The notes under the pieces were generated by a model. It had not been told where the DNA came from and did not search any database. It saw nothing but the letters and a program-made list of their open reading frames with translations. From Negaprion brevirostris (Eukaryota), in NCBI GenBank assembly GCA_030324005.1, contig JARDVH010000097.1, positions 61,369,278 to 61,433,277 of the forward strand: a DNA stretch of 64,000 nt, in the 5' to 3' direction. Position 1 is the first letter of the stretch. Each line of letters starts with the position of its first letter. The position numbers and the translations under genes were made by a program. This document shows, piece by piece, positions 13,276-22,882 of this stretch.

Positions 13276-13521
13276 ATGGCGACAGCGACGTCCAATCCCT
13301 ACATGGCCAGCAATAGTATCCTGTCCTCCAACTCTATCGTGCACAGTGATTCAGGCGGCATGCAGCAGGCGACCACGTACCGAGATCCCTCGAAAATGGT
13401 GCAGAGCGACTTCATGCAGGGGGCCATCGCCAGCAACGGCCACATGCTCAGCCATGCACACCAGTGGGTGACGGCGCTGCCGCACACCGATGCGGGCTCT
13501 CCCTGGTCCTCGGCCATGGCC
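13276..13521 (+). CDS. POU3F3: POU class 3 homeobox 3 (Brn-1), N-terminal fragment ending at a 100-N gap
   Basis: Strong Kozak context (aagccATGG). Translates [82 protein letters not shown], matching the POU3F3 N-terminal motifs [26 protein letters not shown] and [15 protein letters not shown]. Confidence 0.93.
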
Positions 13522-13621
13522 NNNNNNNNNNNNNNNNNNNNNNNNNNNNNNNNNNNNNNNNNNNNNNNNNNNNNNNNNNNNNNNNNNNNNNNNNNNNNNN
13601 NNNNNNNNNNNNNNNNNNNNN

Positions 13622-14683
13622 TTTTTTGCACCCGCAGCTGTGACTAATCTGTCTCTGGCTTCTCCTCACACAGAGCTGAGTGTACTCCAATCCCACAGCA
13701 CTATTGTGCTGCCTGATACCAGCACCTTGGCCGAAACTCATAGAATGAATGCCCTGCTTTCCCCAGCATCCACCGGGCCCTTAGTCAAACACCATCCCCA
13801 GCATCGTACCCCACAACCCCCAGTCGAACCCCCCGGTCCATTGCCCCACACATTTGTGTTCCTAACCCTTCCCGCTACTTGGACCCAGGTGCCAGTGTTT
13901 ACTCAGGGAACAGATAGGAGTCAGGTTTGAGTGGCACCAGGGGCAGGATCCCAGTGTGCCTTACAGCGAGTCGTCATCATCCTCCAGCCTTCACCAAATA
14001 CTCGCTAACAGTACCAGCCCAGACCCATTAACCAGTTGTGATGTTTCTCAAAGTCAGGTGGGGTGCGGGAGGTGGGCTGAGAGAGGGTGGGAAAGGGGAA
14101 GGGACGTCTGGATTGAGGGGCCAGCTTTGGGTTGTGGGAGAGCGTTTGGGGGAGGTGGCAGCTGCAGTGGCTCCTGGGGTATCGTGGAAGGGTGTTAGGA
14201 GCAGACCCCACACTGCATGGCACCAGCTAGGTTAAGCAGGCTGCTATTAGGGTTTCCCTTGCAGCCCTGCCTTGCCGGATGCGAGCCATCACCGCCTGCC
14301 CTCTATCGCCCAGCTCCTCTTATGGCAAGTAGTCCACTTCTGCCTGCTGAGTCTGTCCAAAATCAAATTTGATGTAAAGGCCTGCCTGGTCATACAAGGC
14401 ATCTGTGACCTGGCGAACACATCTGTGGACTGAGGCCAACAAGATTCCACAAAGGTTGCTATGGGTGCCTGAAATGACCTGTTGCATAGAAGTTAAGTGC
14501 CGCCATCACCTTAACTTCCCCTGGGAGTGGGTGGCTGTCCCTGCCCTGAGGTGTCAGGTATGCGGGCTCCTCACACAAGTGCCATGACACATGCCCTCAG
14601 ATGACCTCCTGCTCTGATATTGCTTAGCCTCTGCATCCTCCTTCTCCTGGCCAGCCTTTTGGGAGACTGCTCCCTCACTTCAT
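13622..14683 (-). mobile_element. PIF/Harbinger transposon relic (internally deleted HARBI1-like transposase), probably mis-assembled into the POU3F3 locus
   Basis: Minus strand about 14540-14340 reads HPLPGEVKVMAALNFYATG/(frameshift)SFQAP..NLCGILLASVHRCVRQVTDALYDQAGLYIKF, like the HARBI1-family motif AALGFYTSGSFQ..GDAIGISQASMSRCVANVTEAL....FIRF. It then jumps to a C-terminus-like RIRQGRAARETLIAACLT* (stop at 14227-14229). No DDE core is seen. Assignment of 13622-14226 to the element is inferred from contiguity. Confidence 0.75.
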
Positions 14684-14711
14684 GGCCATGGCCGGCAGCC
14701 CCCTGGGTCAA

Positions 14712-14746
<35 letters not shown>

Positions 14747-14881
14747 GCAACAGGACGTCAAGCCGTCGGTGCAGGTGGTGGGCCGGGACGAGCTGCACAC
14801 GGGCGCCGCTCCCCTGCACCATCACCGCCCGCCTCACCTGCCGCCCCACCAGCCGTCACACGGCGGCCACCCGGCCGCCTG
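14684..14881 (+). CDS. POU3F3: POU3F3 middle fragment (polyQ and His/Pro-rich region)
   Basis: Begins with ggccatggcc, the same 10 nt that end the first fragment (13512-13521). Continues AMAGSPLG-Q15-DVKPSVQVVGRDELHTGAAPLHHHRPPHLPPHQPSHGGHPAA, resembling POU3F3 MAGSP...DVK...GRDDLH.G..LHHR.PPHL...GHP. Ends at a 10-N gap. Confidence 0.88.
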
Positions 14882-14891
14882 NNNNNNNNNN

Positions 14892-15162
14892 GGCCATGGC
14901 CGGCAGCCCCCTGCCCTCCTTCCTGAGGGCCTGCCACTGTTTGCTCCTGGAGTGGCCTCCCCTACACCCTCCTCCTCCTGAGCCGCCTCCATGATGGTCA
15001 GTTCCAAGTCAATAAGACTGAGCTGCACGGTGGAGGTTGGAGACAGAGAGATCGATAGATACATGCCATTGCTTGTATTTACCCCATCATCTATCCCCTG
15101 CCACTCCCCCCACCGCACCCACCCCCCCCACCAATCCCCCTGTCACCCCCTCCCCCCCGTTC
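14892..15162 (-). mobile_element. Continuation (5' part) of the same Harbinger-like relic
   Basis: Starts with the same 22-mer as 14684-14705 and joins seamlessly to 14683 if the POU3F3 piece is removed. The minus strand gives an acidic low-complexity peptide (LELTIMEAAQEEEG). Bounded by N-gaps on both sides. Confidence 0.55.
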
Positions 15163-15262
15163 NNNNNNNNNNNNNNNNNNNNNNNNNNNNNNNNNNNNNN
15201 NNNNNNNNNNNNNNNNNNNNNNNNNNNNNNNNNNNNNNNNNNNNNNNNNNNNNNNNNNNNNN

Positions 15263-15949
15263 CAGCCCGGCTTCACGGTGAACGGCATGCTGAGCCAGGC
15301 GGGCGCGCAGAGCCTACACCCGGGCTTGAGGGACACGCCGGAGCTGGTGGACCACGGGCAGCAGCACCACAGCCACGAGCACTCGGACGAGGACACGCCG
15401 ACCTCGGACGACCTGGAGCAGTTCGCCAAGCAGTTCAAGCAGAGGAGGATCAAGCTGGGCTTCACCCAGGCCGACGTGGGCTTGGCGCTGGGCACCCTGT
15501 ACGGCAACGTCTTCTCCCAGACCACCATCTGCCGCTTCGAGGCGTTGCAGCTGAGCTTCAAGAACATGTGCAAGCTCAAGCCGCTGCTGAACAAGTGGCT
15601 GGAGGAGGCCGACTCGTCAACCGGCAGCCCCACCAGCATCGACAAGATCGCGGCGCAGGGCAGGAAGCGAAAGAAGCGCACCTCCATCGAGGTGAGCGTC
15701 AAAGGAGCGCTGGAGAGCCACTTCTTGAAATGTCCCAAGCCCTCGGCGCAGGAGATCGCTTCCCTGGCGGACAGCCTGCAGTTAGAGAAAGAAGTGGTCC
15801 GAGTTTGGTTCTGCAATCGGAGGCAGAAGGAGAAACGCATGACGCCGCCGGGAGGGGTGCAGCAGACGGACGATGTGTACTCACAGGTCGGCAATGTAAA
15901 CGCCGACACACCACCCTCTCACCACGGACTACAAACCGCCGTACAGTGA
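15263..15949 (+). CDS. POU3F3: POU3F3 C-terminal fragment with POU-specific domain and POU homeodomain
   Basis: [11 protein letters not shown]...[38 protein letters not shown]...[21 protein letters not shown]...[20 protein letters not shown]. The tail [26 protein letters not shown] is POU3F3-type rather than POU3F1/2/4-type. Stop TGA at 15947-15949. Confidence 0.96.
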   Translation, partial: QPGFTVNGMLSQAGAQSLHPGLRDTPELVDHGQQHHSHEHSDEDTPTSDDLEQFAKQFKQRRIKLGFTQADVGLALGTLYGNVFSQTTICRFEALQLSFKNMCKLKPLLNKWLEEADSSTGSPTSIDKIAAQGRKRKKRTSIEVSVKGALESHFLKCPKPSAQEIASLADSLQLEKEVVRVWFCNRRQKEKRMTPPGGVQQTDDVYSQVGNVNADTPPSHHGLQTAVQ

Positions 15950-17600
15950 AAGCAGAACATGCAAAATAGGCTGTTTAGACTGGAATTTTTTTAAGGAAAA
16001 AAATTAAAAAATAAACAAGGACAAAACGAAATCAACAAGTTCAGGACTATCGCATTGATAGCAAGGTTTTCTACTGTGATTGTGAGGCTGGCGATTGCAT
16101 TAGAATGAGTGCAACAAAACTGCAGATGTCTTTTCCTAAAAAAACAAAAACAAAATCTGATCCCCCCTTTCTCCTCCGGTCCCCCACCTCCCGGCTTGTG
16201 GTGATCGACAGGTGGACCCCCAGATACTTCCAGATAAGTGTGTCTACATTTTGCCTGCTGTTTCAGAAAGAACTGGTTTATAAAATAATTTCAGATTGGG
16301 CCAAGAGAGATGGGATTGGCCGTGGACGCTGGAAAGTGCCTGGTGTACTTCCAGAGGCTGTTTTTTTTTTATTCCGCCCCCCTGGCTCTATCAGGTGCAT
16401 AGACAACACTGAAAGAGAAAACCGTTTATTCTGTTCTTTGAGATGCTGAAGACTATCCTTCATGCAAAACACTGTAATCTGTAGGGGAGAGAGAGAGAAA
16501 AAAAGAGGTAATCCGTACTGACTATCAAAACAAAGACCGGTAAAAAGAAGGGGGTCTTAAAAATACGAAACTTCAGAGCAACATTAAACCTGCCAGGCAG
16601 GGGAAATTTCAAGAGAAAACAATTGAAAGGGTTGATCCAAAAATAATGACAGATGGAACTTTCAGCAGCGAGGCTTGTTGGAAAAGACAAAAGAAAGACT
16701 AGGGGATTTGGGCGAGAAATCGTCCCAGATGTGGCTTTGATGATTGGCTCATTATATTGTGTTCGACCTCATTTCCCCCTTCCATCCCCCCCAAAAAAAA
16801 CCTTCCTCCGAATGTTTTCTAATTTCATCTCCAGCCCATTGGAGTAGAAGCATTTTTTAATAAAAAAGAAAAAGAGAGAAAAAAACCCTCCACCATCTGC
16901 AGCTGCACTTACTGAACTTTTCTTCTAAAAAAAACCATTGCCAAGTTGAATGAATGGGTGCTGTGGATGCGACTGTGTAAAACTGCCATTTCCAAGCAGT
17001 GTTCTTGGTAGGTTTCAATATAGACTTTTCAAAGGCGCAATATAGAGTCAGTAGATCAGTTACTGATCTAAAAATATTTACTTTATATTTTCATCAAAAT
17101 TGACTTCTTTTAATATTTTATTCAGAATACCTATGAACTGCTGCAAAACGGTAATTTATTTTTTCCCCAGATCTTGTATTAGCTGTTTTCAAAACGAGCA
17201 CAAATAAATGCGATGAAAAAATGGACAGTTGTTAGGTAATAAGGGTATCTTTTGATGTGATAATTTGATTGTAATTTAATTTGAGTAGTGATTCCGTAAG
17301 AGATGATTAAGAAATAAATTTGTTAGAGTCAAACGACTTTGTGGCTCATGTGTCTGGTGTACAATAACGGTACCTCGAAAAAATTGCAGAAAACCTTCAG
17401 TCTTTTTTAAACGTAGCATTTATTTATGAACCATAAATTAATCGCCATATAATTAAATTACACTTTTAAGATCTAATGCCGTTATGCGCTTAAAGGCTCG
17501 CGTTTATTTTAATTCCGAAAGTATGATGTAGGTTATGAATTTATATATGAAATCCTATTCTGTGCGATTTATCTGTTGTTAGAAATAGGTAAGCCTTTGA
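15950..17600 (+). other. Probable POU3F3 3' UTR (end not defined)
   Basis: AT-rich, repeat-free sequence after the stop codon, with AATAAA near 17203 and 17313 and ATTTA-rich stretches. The cleavage site cannot be determined from sequence. Confidence 0.45.
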
Positions 17601-20600
17601 CCAAGCTCAACTCCCGTGTTGTGTCCTGATGTTTGTCCTGTGTCTTTTTCCTCTCATTTTTTAAGAGTCTCCAACATGTATATTACAACAAGCCTTTGCT
17701 TCTGTTCGTTTGGGTTTTCCTGATATTTCCTCCTTCCCTCCCACCCCCACCCCTCCCAAGCCACTGATTTTCCATATTTTTGAGAACACAAATTGACTTC
17801 ATCGAAAGAAAATACCGGTCTTTATTCAGTCAGTTTGAAATAGAGTTATTTAACCCAAAAAAAATTGGTGATAACTGTTTGGGAGGAAGGTAAAGGATAA
17901 TTCGAGAAGAGGTTCAGGCGCAGGTCACAGATTCATTGAATGAGCTGTGTTGGTATTGTTAGGCTGGCTTCCTTCTATATTTCTAGAATAAGACCCTGTG
18001 GAATAAGGACGTCTGGACGTATATTTTTTTAATCAAAGATGTCTAATAACTCCCTGTACAGTTCTGCTCATAAATTCTTATCCAGGGAATATATTAAAAT
18101 GGAAAAGAAAATGCTCGACCACCACAAATATGTTTATTAACATTGAATATTTCACCTACCCATGGACAAAGTTGTTAGCCGCTTACTTGATCTACAACAG
18201 CCCTTCTGGGATTTTTTTTAACGCTGATATACTTGCATGATTTATAACAGTAACATCCCACTAAAAATCCAGTCACTGGAATCACAAATTACATATTTTA
18301 ATATTGTATTGCCGTTCAATATTATAGAGTGTATTTGTGTGAAACCTGGTTTAAAGTATTGTAAAAGATACCCAGTGAAATCCTTATGATATCGGCTTCT
18401 CCTTACTATTTGATAGTTTCACGTTCTTTCTAATGTCTGCGTAACACTGAAGGACGATAATATTAAGATTCCACCCTACTTGTCTTATCTGTTACAAAAT
18501 GTACTATCTACCCAGATATTTCCCAGTGTCAAAACGTTACGGGTTGGGGGTGGGGTGGCGGAGATGCTGGGCGCAAAGAGATATTTTAAATTATACAATA
18601 ACCACAAGAGGTGACGAGGCATGTTAGGTTGCTGGCATGCTCTGGGCTGAATTCTTTCTTTCAACAGCTCTGTATGTGACGTCAGTTAAGTGTTATATTG
18701 CAAATAGATCTTGGAAAACCTGACCATGTTGCCGTTATTATTATTATTTCCGCCGTAGCGTTGCGTCTTTTTAAGTGAGCTGTGTGTGCTGGGTCTATCA
18801 GTAGAAAGTTGTAGGTCGGCGCAGGGCTGTGTTGGCACTTCTCAATCGCAGGACCAGAAATTGATAGGTGGAGGTTCACTGGCCGAATGGAAAATTTATC
18901 GGCAGCTGCGGTGACCAAGGAACAGCGTAAATAAGTGGCGCAGCAATATTAATGAATACTGGGGACTGTGAGAACATTAGGGTTTGTTGGTCAGACAGAG
19001 TTCCGTTAGCAAATAATAACACGTGATTCTGTAAACCTTTTTTTGCACATAAACTGTGCTACTTGGTAGGAAATTATCAGGGCTGCGTAAACCGTGCTAG
19101 GGGATGTTGATCCGTCTAGCGCTGGGTGGAATACGGAATGATTTATGTGTCAACCCCGAGTAATTAAAAACTCTGAAAAGCCAGCCTAGTCTCCGATTTC
19201 TAAGTTTGATGTTTGCGGGTACATGAAGCGCGGAAGTCAGATTTTATGTCACGGCTGCATTAGATACTAGGAGAATCGCCAGACAATGGCATGGCACAAG
19301 AAACATCATTTTATTCTTTTCCATATTAGTTCACTTTATTCTGGAGAAGTTGCATGCAGGGCCCGCTTTGACCTGAAGCATTCATTGTGTTCAATTTCGT
19401 GAAGATCTAGTGGAAAAAATAGTTGAAATGTGTGGGGAAATGTAGAATCGGGAGTAAATGTGACAAGAATGTAAACAATATTTTCGGATACTGCATTGAT
19501 TTGTATGATTCTATTATTCCGGCCTGGATCCGGGTTTTTTCAAATCTCTTTTTTTCTCTCTCGAATTTGTGCTTCATTATCTCGTTTCCTTAGCACCAGC
19601 CCCTTTCGCTTATTTCATTTCTATATCCGTTAGTCTAAACCCCTCGAATGGTTACAATAAATTAAACATGCTGATCAGGAGATCCCTGCTGCGGAGATAT
19701 CAAGCTGCATTAATTCCTGTCTCCTTTATCTGTATCCTTCAGTGACACCTTTAACTATTCCCAGTCACCGGCGGTTCACAGTTACTCAGCTGCCCTAGCC
19801 CAAGTTTGCCTCTGACAGTGCAGAAGCTTCAATTGTCACTGTCTTTCTCCTTCCAAAACGTGTACCTATCATTTATTTACAGGGTGCATCAGCCCAGTAA
19901 AGTGCACGTCCAAAAGCTGTAGGAGCATGGAATTCACACACGTGCACGGATTGTATATTCGTCCTTGTATTCCAATCTTAACTTTTAAACTGATTGCTGA
20001 ATCTATATCGTCCACTTGTTCCCTTTCTCGTGGTTTTAAAAGTTCTGCTTGAGGTAGTCATCGCTGTCGCTTTCATCCGTTGAAATCTATTGNNNNNNNN
20101 NNNNNNNNNGTCCCACCCGGGAGAGTGAATTGCAGAAAAGAGCTCGAGGTGCCGAGGTACATTTTAAAATAATTGGCGATTGTTTGGAGCTGAGACAATC
20201 TCCCAGGCTCCTTTCCCCGCCAGTTTTTGAGTAGTGTTTGATGTGATTAGTCTTCAAAATAAGCAGTAAGCTACAGAAAAAAACATTCTGAAGTTATCCA
20301 AACAATCCTTAGTTTATGTTGAAGTTGCACTGCCTTAATTAATCAAAACTCGCCAACTGGTGCAACAGGTGTATTTTGCACTGAACGTGTTCAGTTTCAG
20401 TAGCATTGATTTTGTAAGTTTGCCATATGTCTGTATTTTCATTTAAAAAAAACACTCCTTTGTGTTGAACACGAATGGCTTGTATTTTAAGCAAATTACC
20501 AAGCCTCTGCATACTTTGTTTTGTTTTAACTTAGACGGACATGGGGACAATCTGTGATATTGATGCCTGGTTGTAGGCTGTGTTGTTTAGAAATACAGCA

Positions 20601-21627
20601 GAATCGGCGCCCAAAAGAAAAACACACACACGCATAAATTCAACTGGTGATTTTATCACATAACGAGTTTTAATCTTCAGGTTTTGGGGGTGGCATCAGG
20701 AAAACACTTTCTAGTTTATCACCTTGCATTAACAAGGTGTGCAATAACTTAATCTACGCAACAGTTTGACAGCATGTTACACGTCAGTGGCAGAATACAT
20801 TGTGCAACAATAGTTCTTGAAGCTTGAGTAAGCGAGATTGACCACTGCGTGTTCCCATAATCGATCTTAATTATTATGAAGATATAAAATACGCGGTGTG
20901 CATACCTAATGCTGTGAGGGACCGTCTTGCTTACATACCAAGATCAAATGGATTTCAATTCTTTTAGAAAATAATATTGGATTGTAATAGTGAGCACTGA
21001 AAGGCGTGATGCACTGGTATTTCATCTGGTATTCTTTATCTTTTCAACCATGACTTTGTTGGGAACGGCGTTCAGCATTGCAGTAGTCTCATTTAAGCGC
21101 AAGTATGTACTTGGATTGTTGTAAATCTAAGCTGCATTTTAATTGCGAGCCATAGAGACATATTCTGTTTCGAGTCAAAAGTGCTTGCACTCTGCTGAGA
21201 CCGCCCGCTTCCCCGTTGCAAAAAGGCTGCCGTTTCAGCTGTCACAGCTTCCCATTGATTTGGCCAAACCCTCCCCTTGAAGAATAACATTGCAAAAGTC
21301 ACAGGTTTCTCTCTCCGTCCCAATTAACTCAATTTTTGGATGCATTCTCCCAAACATAGGTAGAAAGGCAGGGATTGCAACCCCGCTCACTTAACACGGG
21401 TTGCATCCCCCTGCTGCAGGACTTGGAGGCCTTCAGTGAGGGTGTCTGGCTGAACCAGTGCTGCCCGATCGCAAGGGAACTGCCTCTCGCACGCTGAGGC
21501 AGATACTGACCATCTTACAAGTTGTGTTTCTGGGCTCGACCTTTCAGTAAAACTGGGGGAGGGGGGAAGGGGGGGGGCCTGGGGAGAGGGAAAAAATCAA
21601 ATTTCTCTCGTCGACTAGCCAACACCG

Positions 21628-21640
21628 GTTGCTTAGCAAC
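21628..21640. promoter_or_regulatory. Palindromic RFX X-box motif
   Basis: GTTGCT-T-AGCAAC, a perfect inverted X-box. Motif match only. Confidence 0.55.
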
Positions 21641-22794
21641 AACATTCAAGTGGAGATGAAAGAATATGTATTTTTGTATTACTATTTATTGTTACAACAA
21701 TAATAATAAGATGACAGTTTGCCTGACTCATTTGACTGTAGTGTGTTTAATTCAAGCCGAGGGGGTATGTTCAGAAGTTGAGAGACCGAATAAAGTTGTA
21801 ATTTTCTGGAACAAGGGAGATGTTGCTGGGATTCCAGTCAGATTCTGTTCGGTGACACTCCACTATTCAGCAGCACTTCAAACCTGTGGTAGTAAATTGA
21901 CGTCCACAAGCATTAGATTTATTTCAAAAATTGGATTGTGAGTGTGCTTTCTGGGATACTTGATGAGTTCAGGTGGTGTCTGGCAATTAGGGATGGGCAA
22001 TAAGTACCGACCTAGCCAACGAAGGCCTCTCCACGATTGAATGATAGTTATAAACAAGCCTCTCTGGTTATCACTTGTTATGCAGTAACGCGGGGTACTC
22101 CTGAGGCGGCTTTCCATGTATCAGTGGCCAAACTGGGTGGGAATTGAACAGGTCACTCCATCTAGTAGCCCTGAAGCCGGGACTTGCAATAAAGCTGCAT
22201 ATAAGCCAGCGAGATTTCAAAACAAGGCACTTAAAGTGACCACTTTCTATTTACGATTAGCATGCTCTGCAAGCTACCTTTTGAATCTCCGAATTGCACC
22301 GATTTCTTTTACTGACTTCAACCATTCCTTTATTTAACGGCCAGTGTCAGACTGGTTGCAGAAGCCAGGGCCACAAGCCTTCGATGCCTATTACATTGCA
22401 TCTTCTTAAAGATCTATATTTAATTTGCCATATTCAAGATGGGATTTTTGTTAGAAGTGCAGAGCTGGTATTGTTGAAGGCTCGGACATGTAAGAACTAA
22501 GGCATGACTGTCCATAAATGCGATAGTTGAATTACTGCCTGGAAGCAGCGAGATACTGCCTCAGCCCGCCAGCTTATCCGGTTGCAAATATCACTAAGTT
22601 GTACAGCTGAAGTTGGACCATTGTTGGCACTTTTCACTTTATGGTTAGGGATGCTCACTTTTAAAAAATTATTTGAAGTAGACTTGATTTTTCTTGATCA
22701 AGGGCTTCATGGATAGTTATTCTTTACACTTGGACGAATTGTTCCCACTCATGCCCAGCTTTTTGTCATTGTTTCAGAATAGCTTTTAATGAGG

Positions 22795-22882
22795 TTGAAG
22801 ATCAGCCATGATGTTAGTGAATAACTGAGCAGGTTAAAGAAGCCATAGAGTCTACTCTTGTTCCTATTTCATTTGTTCCTAT
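22795..22882 (+). mobile_element. CR1-type LINE 3' tail fragment
   Basis: gatcagccatgat...gagcaggttaaagaagcc...tctactcttgttcctatttcatttgttcctat is a diverged reverse complement of the CR1 tails at 36102 and 40802. Confidence 0.6.

Noticed and set aside
14684-14913. The 22-bp direct repeat as a target-site duplication or gene capture by the transposon
   Set aside because: Harbinger TSDs are 3 bp, the second copy starts immediately after a 10-N gap, and the 22-mer is part of the POU3F3 reading frame itself. A k-mer-driven mis-join is the simpler explanation.
13522-15262. Introns in POU3F3, or a POU3F3 pseudogene
   Set aside because: The breaks coincide with N-gaps and an exact 22-mer duplication, not with GT-AG boundaries. 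All three coding pieces are free of stops and frameshifts.
15037-15969. Overlapping 310-aa plus-strand and 272-aa antisense ORFs
   Set aside because: These are shadows of the GC3-rich POU3F3 CDS. Both run through an N-gap into unrelated sequence.
17052-17070. Perfect palindrome TAGATCAGT-T-ACTGATCTA in the 3' UTR
   Set aside because: Nine-bp arms with a 1-nt spacer can arise by chance in a window this size, and there is no supporting context.
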